From Eledone cirrhosa (Eukaryota): a stretch of DNA of 64,000 nucleotides. Below are positions 14,205 to 28,879 of the stretch, one piece after another (position 1 is the stretch's first letter; the number at the start of each line of letters is the position of its first letter). The notes below the pieces were generated by a model. It searched no databases and was not told the origin of the DNA. It saw only the letters and a list, made by a program, of their open reading frames with translations. A program made the position numbers and the translations under genes. The stretch lies in NCBI GenBank assembly GCA_964016885.1, contig OZ024763.1:17608001-17672000 (forward strand), in the 5' to 3' direction.

Positions 14205-14918
14205 GACACTTACACTCACACTCACACATACTTAGCTATACTCTCACTCACCCACACATGCTCAGCCACTCACACCTACACATACTCACCCACTCACTCA
14301 GCCATACACACACACAACCGTACACCCACTCAATCGTACACCCACTCAACCGTATACCCACTCAATCACACACCCACTCAACCATATACTCACTCAATCG
14401 TACACCCACTCAACCATACACCCACTCAACCGTACACCCATTCAATCATACACCCACTCAACCGTACACCCACTCAACCATACGCCCACTCAACCGTACA
14501 CCCACTCAACCGTATACTCACTCAACCGTACACCCATTCAATCATACACTAACTCAACCACACACATACTCAACCATACACCCACTCAGTAGTAGTAGTA
14601 GTTGTAGTAGTAGTAGCAACAGTAGCAGTAGCAGCAGTAGCAGTAGTAGTAGTAGTAACAGTATCAATAGTAGTAGTAGCAGCAGCAGTAGTATTAGTAA
14701 CAGTAGCAACAGCAGTAGTAGTAGTAGCAGTAGTAGTATTAGTAACAGTAGCAACAGCAGTAGTAGTAGTAGTAGCAGCAGCAGCAGTAGTAGTAGTAGT
14801 AGCAGTAGTAGTAGCAGCAGTAGTAGTATTAGTAACAGTAGCAATAACAGCAGTAGTAGTAGTAGTAGCAGCAGCAGTAGTAGCAGCAGCAGCAGTAGTA
14901 GTAGCAGCAGTAGTAGTA
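14205..14918. repeat. 16-bp CACCCACTCAACCGTA minisatellite followed by an (AGT/AGC)n tract
   Basis: Seen directly. Confidence 0.9.
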
Positions 14919-15288
14919 AAAGTCTTGTTAAAATCTAAATGAATTGTTCTGTCATCAATCAAATATATTTTAACTTTATAACCCCCCCCCCTACAAAACT
15001 AAAACCCAATCATCTTGTATCAATATCTGATTATTTTAATTACATTTTAAAATCAATAAGTTCTGAATCAGCAGCAGCATTATTGCCATCATCATCATCA
15101 TCATCATCATCATTCGTCATCAGAACATTGGATTGGCAGAGTCGTTAGAGCGTCAGACAATAGGCTGTGCTGCATAGAGTTACGTCCCTTTATCTTTTGA
15201 ACTCAAATGTTGCCGAAGTTAGCTTAGCCTTTCATCCTTACCAGTATTACACTAGGTATGAGTTAACCCTTCAGCATTTACATTACTC

Positions 15289-15289
<1 letters not shown>

Positions 15290-15320
<31 letters not shown>

Positions 15321-16185
15321 GTTTAACATCTATCTTCCACGCTAGCATGGGTTTGACAGGAATTGTCCCACTTGAGGCAAGATTGGTTCTCTTGCTCGTA
15401 TGGGACTGTCTGGCAGGTTTTCTACAGCTGGATGCCCTTCCTAAACACCAACCACGTTTACAGTGTGGGCTGGGAGGTTTTTACCGTGTTACCAACACGG
15501 CCACATTACAGTGTGGGCTGGGAGGTTTTTACCGTGTTACCTACACGACCATATTACAGCGTGGACTGTGTGTTTTTACTGTGTTACCCACACGGCCACA
15601 TTACAGTGTGGACTGTGTGTTTTTACCGTGTTACTACACGGCCACATTACAGTGTGGACTGTGTTGTTTTACCGTGTTACCTACACAGCCACATTACAGC
15701 GTGGACTGTGTGTTTTTACCGTGTTACCTACACGGCCACATTACAGCGTGGACTGTGTGTTTTTACCGTGTTACCTACACGGCCACATTACAGCGTGGAC
15801 TGTGTTGTTTTACCGTGTTACCTACACGACCACATTACAGCGTGGACTGTGTGTTTTTACCGTGTTACCTACACAGCCACATTACAGTGTGGACTGTGTT
15901 GTTTTACCATGTTACCTACACGGCTACATTACAGCGTGGACTGTGTGTTTTTATCATGTTACCTACACAACCACATTACAGCGTGGACTGTGTGTTTTTA
16001 CCGTGTTACCTACACGGCCACATTACAGCGTGGACTGTGTGTTTTTACCGTGTCACCTACACGGCCACATTACAGCGTGGACTGTGTGTTTTTACCGTGT
16101 TACCTACACGGCCACATTACAGTGTGGACTGTGTTGTTTTACCGTGTTACCTATACGGTCACATTACAGTGTGGACTGTGTGTTT
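15290..16185 (-). repeat. Family A-related SINE whose internal ~47-bp segment has expanded into a minisatellite
   Basis: SINE tail at 15290-15455, then tandem TTACAG(C/T)GTGGACTGTGTGTTTTTACCGTGTTACCTACACGGCCACA. Confidence 0.8.
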
Positions 16186-16825
16186 TTTTATATATTTGTT
16201 CACAGTAAAGGCTTTATCTCAGAATTATTTCACATAATACCAAATCTATGTTATTTTGATATTATTTATTTAGAGAACAATACCTTAACATAAGTTACAG
16301 CCATTTCGAACAGAAAGAGGTGAGAGAATTCTGACCGGATATGGCCTGTTTAACCCTTTATCACATTACTCTATATATACTATTGTATTTTCACGGTAAA
16401 CACTTTATTTCACATAATTATCTCACATAATATCGAATCTATGAGATTTTGATATTATTTATTTTGAGAACAATACCTCAACATAAGTATGAGCAGCTAG
16501 TTACAGCCGGTTTGAACAGAAAGAGTTGAGAGAATTCTGGCCAGATATGGCTGGTTTAAATACTAAAGAGTTAAACTGGCTATATCCAGCCAGAATTCTT
16601 TCCCCCTTTTTGAAACTGGCTGTAACCAGCAGCTCACACCAATGTTAAGTCATCTTAAAATAAACCATAACATCATCAAAATCTCGTAGTGTCGAGATTA
16701 TGTGAGGTAAAGCCTTTACCATGAATATACAATAGTAAATGTAGAGTAATGTAAATGTTATGTGAGATATTATGTGAGGTAAAGCCTTTACCATGGAAAT
16801 ATAATAGTATATATAGAGTAATGTG
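16186..16825. mobile_element. Cluster of piggyBac-like MITE copies and fragments
   Basis: Same internal sequence as the intact TTAA-flanked copies at 35070 and 53173. Confidence 0.7.
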
Positions 16826-17131
16826 AATAGCCCCCCGAAAATTGCTGGCCTTGTGCCTTAATCAGAAACCATTATTATTGGAAGGGTGGTGGATTGGCAG
16901 TATCAGTAGAACATCAAACAACATGCTTTGCAGCATAGAGTTATGGCCCTTTGCGTTCTGAGTTCAAAATTGAGCCAAGGTCAACTTTGCCTTTCATTTT
17001 CCCAAAGTCGATAAAAATGAAGTACCTGTAATGCGCTGGGGCCGACTAGAAAACATATTGACAAGAACATTGTGGTGAAATAAAATGAAATAAATATTCA
17101 TTGATTGGAGTGGGGGGTGTATTCTTTAGAG

Positions 17132-17844
17132 CAGGCATGTCAAACATGTGGCCCTTTACAAGTACACATGTGGCCCCCAAAGATTTTTACAGCGCGAGCA
17201 GGTTTTGTCTGAGTAATATAAAATTTTAAAAATTAGTTGTAATGTGCACAATTTGTTGTCAACACATATGTCACCCATGTGGCTCTCAGACAATGCATGT
17301 GTGACACATGTGGCCTTCAGACAACACATATGTGGCCCTCAGACAACACATGTGGCCTTCAGATAACACATATGTGGCCCTCAGACAACACACATGTCAC
17401 ACATGTGGCCCTCAGACAACACACATGTAACCCATGTGGCCTTCAGATAACACACATGTGGCCTTCAGATAACACATATGTGGCCCTCAGACAACACATA
17501 TGTGACACCTGTGGCACTCAGGCAACACACATGTGACACATGTGGCCCTCAGACAACACACATGTAGCACATGTGGCCCTCAGACAACACATGTGGCCTT
17601 CAGATAACACATATGTGGCCCTCAGACAACACATGTAGCACTCAGGCAACACATGTGTGGCACATGTGGCCCTCAGACAACACATGTGGCCTTCAGATAA
17701 CACATATGTGGCCCTCAGACAACACATGTGGCCCTCAGACAACACATGTGGCACTCAGACAACACATGTGTGACACATGTGGCCCTCAGACAACACATAT
17801 GTGACCCATGTGGCCCTCGGGAGACCCTCAGTTTAACGTGGCTA
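17132..17844. mobile_element. Non-autonomous hAT element with internal minisatellite
   Basis: TIR CAGGCATGTCAAAC / degenerate GTTTAACGTGGCTA; perfect 8-bp TSD CTTTAGAG at 17124-17131 and 17845-17852. Confidence 0.85.
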
Positions 17845-18329
17845 CTTTAGAGAATGTTGTAGCCTTGTCAACAAGCCTGCATACTTCAGCACCGACTTGG
17901 TCCTAATGTAGACTCGTCCAACCGTTGCTAGCAGAGAAGGTGGATGTTAAAATGATGACAATGAAGGTTTCTAATGAAATACCACTTCCAATGTCTATCA
18001 ATTTTTTTTTTTAATTTGAAGAATTTAATAAAATAACAAATTTTTTCATTTGTAAGTTGATATTTAGAACATTACTTAACAAAAATTTCTAAAATAAAAT
18101 TATGATGGAAGATTTTTTAATATGAGTATAAACATTTTAAAATGAGCAAGAGATGTATCTTGAAACCAGGGTGGTTTCAGACAGATTGGTATCCAAACGG
18201 TTAACATGATTCTTATATGAAATTATGTTGGAAGATTTTTAAATAGGAAGGAAGCCTTTAAAATGAGTGGCTTTATTTTATAGAACCAGGGTCAGCTTTG
18301 GCCAGGTTGGTATTTACTGTGTTAAATAT

Positions 18330-19100
18330 GACAACACCGCCATCTTAACCTGCTACATACTCACAACACCACCATCTTAACCTGCTACATACTCACAACA
18401 CCGACATCTTAACCTGCTACATACTTACAACTCTGCTATCTTAACCTTCTACATACTCACAACACCACCATCTTAACCTGCTACATACTCACAACACCAC
18501 CATCTTAACCTATTACACACTCACAACACCACCATCTTAACCTATTACACACTCACAACACCTCCATCTTAACCTACTACACACTCACAACACCACCACC
18601 TTAACCTACTACACACTCACAACACCACCACCTTAACCTACTACACACTCACAATATGTTATCTAACAACACCTCCATATTAACCTACACACTCACAACA
18701 TGTTGTCTAACAACACCTCCATCTTAACCTGCTACACACTCACGTGTTGTCTAACAACACCACCATCTTAACCTACTACACTCACAACACCATGTTGTCT
18801 AACAACACCTCCATCTTAACCTACTACACACTTACAACACCACCACCTTAACCTACTACACACTCACTCACAACATGTCTAACAACACCTCCATCTTAAC
18901 CTACACACTCACAACACCACCACCTTAACCTACTACACACTCACTCACAACGTTGTCTAACAACACCTCCATCTTAACCTACACACTCACAACACCACCA
19001 CCTTAACCTACTACACAATCACTCACAACATTGTCTAACAACACCTCCATCTTAACCTACACACTCACAACTCCACCATATTACCTCCTACTTTAACCTC
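18330..19100. repeat. About 35-bp minisatellite (ACAACACCACCATCTTAACCTACTACACACTC variants)
   Basis: Seen directly. Confidence 0.85.
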
Positions 19101-20434
19101 ACAATTACTAAAAGTTAAAAATAAAAAAACACAAACAAACAAACATAAAAAAAAACAGCAAAAAGAAATCAATGAAAAACGAAAACCAAAAAAAAACAAA
19201 AATTACTTTCAAAATATTTTTCTAGTTTTAAACCTTTTAATTAAATTTAATTTCACTCAAATGTTTATTTTCATTTTATTCTATCTTTATTCTATTTTAG
19301 TATGTTTTGTTTGTTTAAAATACCTATCACTAAATTATACATATATACCCTCCAGCTAGAGTCTGAATATAAACTACTTAAAATAATTAGCTATTTACTG
19401 GAATAAAAAACGTTCTTATCTGCCACGAAAAAAAAATTTAAATAGAATAAATAAATATATAAAATGAAATGAAATTAAATTTAAAAATTAAAAAAATTTT
19501 TTTACTTTAGAAAAGTTTATCTACTAAAAAAAAAAAAGAAATTACTATTTTGTTGGTTTTAATATTTCTGATAAAGTTTATTTACAAACTGTTTTGTGGT
19601 ATTGATAGTTAGTAACATGTGGTGTTAAGTTGTACTACATGTGGTGTGGTGTGCTGTGTAGCGGTGGTGTAGTATTGTCAGTTAATAACAAGTGGTGTTA
19701 AGTTGTAATACATGTGGTGTGGTATAGACAGGTAATAACATGTGGTGTAGTGGTGTGGTATGGTATTGACAAGTAATAACATGTGGTGTGGTATCAACAT
19801 GTGTTTAGTTATAGTACATGTGGTGTGTAGTGATGGTGTGGTGTGTTGTAGTGTAGTGGTGGTTTGGTATGGTGTTGTGGTGTAGTGTTGACAGCTAATA
19901 ACATGTGGTGTTAAGTTGTAGTACATGTGGTGCGTTGGTGGTGTGGTAGTGTAGCATAGTATTTACAGTTAATAACATGTGGTGTTTAGTTGTAGTACAT
20001 GTGGTGGTGTAGTGGTGTTGCAGCGTTGCTGTTGTGTAGTGTGGTGGTGGCATGGTGGTGTGGGATGCAATTGTGGATTTCTTGTGGTGTGGTGGTGTTG
20101 TGGCTGTGTAGTGGTGTGGTGTTGATGTGGTTGTGGTGGTGTGGTTCTCAGTATAGTTTTCTGACAAAGGGTTTTTAGACCCAAAATATTAAGACAGGTA
20201 AATAAAATTACAGGTAACACATTAACATCTTTGCTGCCTTTAATTTATTCTGAAATCTATCGTCCATTTTGTATTGTCATAGCCTTCGAATAACATACTA
20301 CTTTAACTCTTTAGCATTTACATTATTCTATAAGATAAAGTACCAGTAATGTACTGGGGTAATTGCTGGCCTTGTGTCAAGAGTAGAAACAATTATTCTA
20401 TATATACTATTGTATTTTGGAGGCACATGACGAT

Positions 20435-20780
20435 GGAGGCACATGGCTCAGTGGTTAGAGCATTGGCCTTGCAATCGAAAGGTTGTGAATTCAATTCTCA
20501 GACCGGGTGATGTGTTGTTTCCTTGAGCAAGACACTTTATTTCACATTGCTCCAGTTTACTCAGCTGTAGAAATGAGATGATAGGGACTGGGGTCCCTAT
20601 CATTCCACTGCAAAGTGGTCGTGGAGGTGCCACGGCAAAAAAGCACCCAGCACTCACTGTAAATGAGGTTGGTGTTAGGAAGGGCATCCAGCTGTAGAAA
20701 TCAAGCCAGAATCATTTCCCGTCCCACCCTTGCATGCAGGGAAAAGCGGACGTAAAATGAAATGATGATGATGATGATGA
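20435..20780 (+). mobile_element. SINE family A inserted in a piggyBac-like MITE
   Basis: MITE sequence (from about 20305) resumes at 20781 after the (GAT)n tail. Confidence 0.85.
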
Positions 20781-21379
20781 TTTTCACAGTAAAAGCTTTA
20801 TCTTACATAATATCTCATATTATTGAATATATGAGATTTTGATGTTATTTTTTTTTAGAACAGTACCTTAACATCAGTATGAGTGGTCAGTTACAGCCAG
20901 TTTGAACAGAAAGAGGTAAAAGAATTCTGGCCAGATATGGCTGGTTTAACAGAAAATTATTGTTTTTTCATGTTTTTACTTATATTTTATAGTGTTAAAT
21001 TGTTTATTTGATTTTACCCTTTAACTGGTCAGAATTCTTTCACCCCTTTCTGTTCAAGCCAGCTGTATCTAGCTGCTCATACTGATGTTAAGGTATTGTT
21101 CTCAAAATAAATAATATCAAAATCTCATAGATTCAATATTATGTGAGATAATTATGTAAAGTAAAAACTTTACTGCAAAAAAAAAATAGTAAAAAATAGT
21201 TAAAGGATTAATAAACTGTAAATATAATCAATATTTTAACAATATCATTTAGAAAATTCAGATTGGAAACTTCCCTGAAAATTTCTTGCACATATCTTTA
21301 ATATTTATATACTTAGAGCAATTTTAGCATGAGTGTGTTAAATAAATATCAGTTTATCCTGTTGGACATATTGCTTTTT

Positions 21380-22440
21380 GTGTGGCACTAATACTACCAC
21401 CTTACAGTATGGACTGGGAGCTGTTTGTCAAGGCACCAGTACAAACTCCTTACAGGGTGGACTGGGAGATTGTTGTCATGGTGACAGTACAACCACCTTA
21501 CAGGGTGGACTGGGAGATTTTTGTCATGGTGACAGTACAACCACCTTACCAGGTGGACTGGGAGATTTTTGTCATGGTGACAGTACAACCACCTTACCAG
21601 ATGGACTGGGAGATTTTTGTCATGGTGACAGTACAACCACCTTACCAGGTGGACTGGGAGATTTTTGTCATGGTGACAGTACAACCACCTTACCAGATGG
21701 ACTGGGAGATTTTTGTCACGGTGACAGTACAATCACCTTACCAGATGGACTGGGAGGTTTTTGTCATGGTGACAGTACAACCACCTTACAGTATGGACTG
21801 GGAGATTTTTGTCATGGTGACAGTTCAACTATCTTACAGGGTGGACTGGGAGATTTTTCGTGGCATAGCACTACCACTTTACAAGGTGGACAAGGTACTT
21901 TTTGTTGTGGCACCAGAACTACCATCAGGGTTTGTCATGGCACACTACAGGGTAGACTGGGTGCTTTTTTGTTGTGGTACCACTACCACCATATTACAGA
22001 TTGGACTGGGTAATGTTTGCCATGGTACCAGTACTACAGTATGTACTGGGACCTTTTTTTGTGGCACCAACACCACCACCTTACAGAGTGGACTGGGTAC
22101 TTTTAGTCATGGCACCAGCACTACCACATTACAGAGTGGACTGGGTACATTTAGTCATAGCACCAATGCCCCTATATTACAGGGTGGACTAGGTACTTTT
22201 GTCACTACCACATTACAGAGTGGACTGGGTACATTTAGTCATGGCACCAGTGCCCCTATATTACAGGGTGGACTAGGTACTTTTGTCACTACCACATTAC
22301 AGAGTGGACTGGGTACATTTAGTCATGGCACCAGTGCCCCTATATTACAGGGTGGACTAGGTACTTTTGTCACTACCACTTTACGGAGTGGACTGTGTGC
22401 TTTTAGACATGGCACCAGCAGCAGTACCACAGGTACTTTT
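21380..22440 (-). repeat. Diverged minisatellite derived from the family A SINE internal segment
   Basis: 51-bp units CCTTACAGGGTGGACTGGGAGATTTTTGTCATGGTGACAGTACAACCA plus older variants. Confidence 0.75.
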
Positions 22441-22716
22441 TAATGTGGATATATATATATATATATTTCAAAAGCCACGCAGTAGCCTCTTACAGACACC
22501 CATCTTCCATCTTCAGAGTTTCAAAAAATGGCTGCTCAATTTATTTTTCCAAAGAATTACTTCTAATAAATTTGTTTAAAAGTACAAAAGAAAAATTTGA
22601 TATAAAATAAAAATGAGAGAAATAAAATTTAAATTAAAAAAATAAAACAATTTCCCTTTATCTACCTATTATCTATTACTACTAATTGATTAATTAAATT
22701 TTATTTATCTATCAAT

Positions 22717-22721
<5 letters not shown>

Positions 22722-22771
<50 letters not shown>

Positions 22772-22815
22772 CGTATATATATGTATATGTATATATATAT
22801 ATGTATATATATATG

Positions 22816-22879
<64 letters not shown>

Positions 22880-23049
22880 CATATATGTGTATATATATAT
22901 ATGTATATATATATGTATGTATATATACATATATGTGTATATATATATATGTATATATATATGTATGTATATATACATATATGTGTATATATATATGTAT
23001 ATATATATATGTATGTATGTATATATACATATATGTGTATATATATATG

Positions 23050-23104
<55 letters not shown>

Positions 23105-23383
23105 GTATGTATATATATGTATATATATATATATATATGTATGTATATATATATATGTATATATATATATATAGATATGTATATATATATATATATATAG
23201 ATATGTATATATATATATGTATATATATATAGATATGTATATATATATATGTATATATATATAGATATGTATATGTATATATATATATATGTATACATAT
23301 ATGTATATATATATATGTATATATATATGTATACATATATGTATATATATATATATATATATATGTATACATATATGTATATA

Positions 23384-23451
<68 letters not shown>

Positions 23452-23478
23452 TGTATATATACATATATATATACAAAC

Positions 23479-23522
<44 letters not shown>

Positions 23523-23666
23523 ATGTATATATATATGTATATATATATATATGTATGTATATATATATATGTATATATGTATATATATATACATATATAT
23601 ATATACACACATATATATATATACATATATATATATATAAACATATATATATATATATATATACAC

Positions 23667-23719
<53 letters not shown>

Positions 23720-23740
23720 CATATATACATATACATATAC

Positions 23741-23773
<33 letters not shown>

Positions 23774-23890
23774 CATATATATATATACATACATATATAT
23801 ACATATATATATATACATATATATATATATACATATATATATATACATATATATATACATACATATATATATATATACATACATATATAT
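22722..23890. repeat. About 1.15-kb (TA)n-rich tract
   Basis: Seen directly; TATG-biased first half, CATA-biased second half. Confidence 0.95.
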
Positions 23891-24452
23891 GTTTGGTTTC
23901 ATTTTTAGTTTTTATTTGGTAAATAGCTGTTGCAGATGTTGTTGTTTATTTCTTTAATCTAATATTACCAAAAAGATGTGATTTATATCTTGCTGAATTC
24001 TTAAGACACTGCTGCTGCTACTGCTGCTGCTGCTGCTGCTGCTGCTACCTTCTCAATCACTGAGTTTTCTACATCATTAAGTTTGTCTATATATTATATA
24101 TATATATATACACACACACACATATATATATATATATGTATATATACACACACATATATATATATATATGTGTGTGTGTGTGTTCATATATGTATGTTCA
24201 CATATACCATATATTTATTGGATGTGATGTGTGTGTGTGCATCATCATCATCATCATCATCATTTTACGTTCGCTCCTCCCTGCTTGCAAGGGTGAGACG
24301 GGTCCTATTTAGCACAGCATCTCTCCACTTGTCTTTACATGCATATATCTTATATATATATATATTCTTTATATATATATACTCTTTATATTTTATATAT
24401 ATCTTTTATATATATATTCTTTATATTTTATAATATATCTTTTATATATATA

Positions 24453-25530
24453 TCATCATCATCATCATTTTACATCTGCTTTTCGCTGCTTGCAAGGGTG
24501 GGACGGGTCTTATTCAGCACAGCATCTCTCCACTCGTCACGGTCCTTCGTCATCTCCACCGTGAGCTTCAATGATCTGAGGTCTGTTCTCACCACCTCCG
24601 CCCATGTTTTTCGTGGTCTACCTCTACCACGTCTTCCTTCAACTGACATTTCCTGGCACGTCTTCACCCATCGGTCATCCTCCATGCGCATCACACGTCC
24701 ATACCATCTCAGTCTCTTCTCTCGCACACTTTATTTTATCCCTCTCAGACACATTTTCTCTCTCAACACATCCATGCTGGGTCATTCACGTACATTGACA
24801 TTGCACATCCAACGGAGCATGCTTGCCTCATTTCTATCCAGCCGTCGCATATCCTCTGAAGTTGCTGCCCATGTCTCACTACCATGCAGCATTGCGCTCC
24901 TCACACAGGCATCATATAACTGGCCTTTCATACGCAGGGAGAAACCCTTCTTCGTCAACAGAGGAAGCATCTCCCTAAACTTCTTCCAACCCGTCCTTAT
25001 TCTAGATACTATGGCCTTGGAACAGCCCCCTCTCATGCTAATCTGATCTCCTCAGTACCGGAAGCTATCCACCACTTCTATAGCACCCGCCTGCATTAGA
25101 CAAATGTGTCTATCAATGCGACTTCTACTGTCTAATTTTCCTGTACATCTACTGCATACGTATTTCTCCCTACCTGTTAGTTTGCCTGCTATCCCGCTAC
25201 ATCTCTTGTGTACCCAGGATCTGCATTATGTGCATTTTATAGAATTTATGCCAGTTCCTTTTCTGCATATTGAACATGGCCATTTCCCTGACAGAATCAG
25301 AGTTTTGTCCTCTTTTCTACTCAACACTTTTGTCTTAGCTAGGTTCACTCTCAGTCCTCTTGCTTCCAACTGCTGTTTCCATAGCCAGAATTTATTCTCT
25401 AGCTCCTCTACTGATTCTGCTATAAGAACCAGATCGTCAGCATAGAAAGGTTCCCATGGACAGCCAGTCTTAAACTCCTCTGTTATGGCATGGAGGACTA
25501 TAATGAACAAGAGCGGGCTGAGGACTGTGT
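24453..25530 (-). mobile_element. 5'-truncated, degenerate RTE-clade LINE (RT domain to 3' end)
   Basis: VLSPLLFIIV..FYADDLVL (RT core), LYDACVRSAMLHGSETW, LRWYGRVMR..GRGRPRKTW; stops and frameshifts; (GAT)n tail. Confidence 0.93.
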
Positions 25531-26319
25531 GCATATATATATATATGTATGAATATATGTGTATATATCTGTATGTCAGGTCACCAGTTGGTGCTACTGG
25601 TAACATGTATCCCAGTACAACCTGTCACATGGTCGGGTCGTTGGCGACTAAACTGGCAACCCCACCAAGAAACCTTGGCCTTTGTCAAGGCAGAATTCTA
25701 GGAGAAGGAAAACTCTGATATAACACCTGCAACCCTGATGGTATCCAATGATGTTGACTTGTTCTTCTTTTTGGTAAATATCATCTTGGTAAAGAGAGTG
25801 GGACTGGCTTTGTGCAGTGCCTTTGCTCACTATAAAAGCTTCACGGCACAAGCATTGCTTTATATCTGGAGATCTCTCTGCACTTGTCGTCACATGGTAC
25901 CATGGACCCAGCACTATGTGTCAATAATTGTCAAAAGTGTAGGGTTTTGTACCAGAGTTTTCAAGTCGCTGGCTGGACTAAAAAGTCACACTCGTTCAGC
26001 GCATTGGTAGGGGTTCTCCTACATGGATATAGGGCAGTGGCCGTACTCGAAAACGAGTTGGCAGCCACCACCATATATGTATGTATATATATATGTGTGT
26101 GTGTGTATGTAATATGTGTATACATATATGTAAATATTTGTGGATATATATATACACATAGTTGTCCCACCCTTGCAAGCAGGGAAAAGCGGACGTAAAA
26201 TAATGATGATGATGATATGTGTGTGTGTATATGAAAAGTCAACAAAGGGAAAACCATCAGAGAACAGTACAGTACAATGATGATATATATTGTTTTAACA
26301 CACACACACACATACACAC

Positions 26320-26350
<31 letters not shown>

Positions 26351-26437
26351 TATATATATATAAATACACACACACATATATATATACACATATATATATA
26401 CACACATATATATATATACACACACACACATATATAT

Positions 26438-26470
<33 letters not shown>

Positions 26471-27078
26471 CACATACATATATATATATACACACATATA
26501 TACGCACACACACACACACATATATACACACACACACACATATATATATATACACACACACACACACATATATATATACACACACATATATACATACACA
26601 CACACAATTCCTTACTTTTATATTTATATTTTTACTTATCTATTTATTTCTTTAGCTAATTATTTATTTATTTATTTACTTTCTCATTTGTTTTTTTTTT
26701 ATTTTTATTTATTTATTTATCTATCTGTTTGTTTGTTTGTTTTTTTGTTTGAATTATTTATTTTTAATTATTTTTATCTATATATCTTTGTGTGTGTATA
26801 TATTTATGTGTGTGTATATATATATATGTGTATAAATATATATATACATGTGTGTGTGTATATATGTATGCGTGTGTATATATATATATGTGTGTGTGTA
26901 TAAATATATATATACATGTGTGTGTATATATATGAATATATATACATGTGTGTGTGTGTATATATATATAAGTAAATCTCTGTTATAACTGATATATAAA
27001 GAATTGATTAGTGAAATAAATTACTAATAGATTAGTTTGATTTCTGAACTGAAAATAATAACAAAAAAACATATAATC

Positions 27079-27115
<37 letters not shown>

Positions 27116-27314
27116 TATATATATAAAGTAAGTCCATAGAATCATTAGATAAAATATATACACTATTTCTTCTCCCAATCAGCATAAATCAACCCCACAA
27201 AAAGTCATTTAAACGAGGCTATAAGTTTAAAATATACTTTCGAAGAAACAATAGATATATGATATAGCTTTTTATCCGCGACTCACAGCTACAAAAAATT
27301 TACCTAGTATTCCT

Positions 27315-27432
27315 AATAGTCTGTAAAAATTGACTAGACATAAAGTTAACCATACATAATTAGGTACAACGTCTTACATAATTAGGTACACATGCATATA
27401 CTTTATGTCTAGTCAATATTTACAGTCTATTA
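27315..27432. repeat. Short inverted repeat (about 40-bp arms) in a TA-flanked insert
   Basis: TAATAGTCTGTAAAAATTGACTAGACATAAAGT versus ACTTTATGTCTAGTCAATATTTTACAGTCTATTA. Confidence 0.8.
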
Positions 27433-27441
27433 CAGCTTTTC

Positions 27442-27499
<58 letters not shown>

Positions 27500-27674
27500 T
27501 TCAAGAGTAACCAATCTTAAAGAGAGAGATTGAGATAGTAGAGGAGATATGAGAGGAAAGATTGGTGAGTTAGTTAGAAGCCAAAGCGTAAAGGCATGTG
27601 CTCAATGTGCAATATGCAGTAGAAAGCAGCTAGGAGGCTGGGTTCATGCAGAGGTTAGGTGCGCAGAGCTGGAA

Positions 27675-28222
27675 ATATTCATTAGTTAAGCAAAACAAGA
27701 CCACAAATTTCACAAGGAAGACATTATTAAAAGATTGTCAACATATTTAGTTTGATGTAAGGAATGTAGAGAATAATAATAATAATAACTGTTTCCACTT
27801 TTGGCACAAGGCCAGCAATTACCCAGTACATTACTGGTACTTTATTTTATCGACCCCGTAAGGATGAAAGGCAAAGTTAACCTCGGCGGGATTTGAACAC
27901 AGACCGTAAAGGGACGTAACTATGCTGGAAGGCATGGCGTCCGACTCTCTACTGATACTGCCAATCCACCGCCCTAATAATAATAATAATAATATTAATG
28001 ATAATAATGCCCGTTTACAATTGTTTTGCTACTCCGTATAATATTTCTGGATCAGATGATTATGTATCATAATTGATCTGGTTCAGTTGAAAATAATTAA
28101 CATATTTAAAAAAACAGAGTGGCTATCGGAACTCAAAATGCTACATAATATAATGTTCCATATATTAGTTTTTACTATAATGTCTTCCTTGTGAAATTTG
28201 TGGTCTTGTTTTGCTTAACTAA

Positions 28223-28230
<8 letters not shown>
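27675..28230. repeat. About 53-bp inverted repeat pair enclosing a family B SINE (minus strand, 27790-27975)
   Basis: ATATTCATTAGTTAAGCAAAACAAGACCACAAATTTCACAAGGAAGACATTAT, with its reverse complement at about 28178-28230. Confidence 0.8.
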
Positions 28231-28268
<38 letters not shown>

Positions 28269-28306
28269 TTCAAAATATTAATAAATATAGACATTCATGT
28301 AATTAA

Positions 28307-28378
28307 ATATATTTTATTATATATATTTCAGAGGTACTGTGCTGTTTCCTCAGTACGTCCTCATCAGATAAAATATAT
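28307..28378 (-). ncRNA. Minimal type-I hammerhead ribozyme fold
   Basis: Minus strand: atatattttat-CTGATGA-(gtactg/cagtac stem II)-GAAA-tatata-TA-ataaaatatat; 11-bp stem I and palindromic stem III. Confidence 0.8.
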
Positions 28379-28434
28379 AAATTGATGTCTGACATACCTC
28401 AACTGTGCTGATGGTTCAATTCCAGTCTTGGCAG

Positions 28435-28473
<39 letters not shown>

Positions 28474-28655
28474 TAATAAATGGAAACTATATTTATAAAA
28501 CCATAATTATTTTATTATATAAGTAAATCTCATAATTATTTTATTATATAAGTAAATTATATTGAATATTTACTCCAGCAATCTGTTGAATGCTTTATAT
28601 CAGTTATAAAACCTATAAGCTTGTTGAATCCCAACAAATTAAATAAAACTTCTGC

Positions 28656-28717
<62 letters not shown>

Positions 28718-28756
28718 GTGTGCATTTGTGTATATGTATGTGTATATATATGTGTG

Positions 28757-28812
<56 letters not shown>

Positions 28813-28879
28813 TACACAGGGAAGAATAAGTATGTATAAAGAGTTATTACACCAAATTATTCGGAAATTTTCCATTACA

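Noticed and set aside
14588-14918. Poly-Ser/Leu/Thr ORFs
   Set aside because: Trinucleotide repeat with no splice context.
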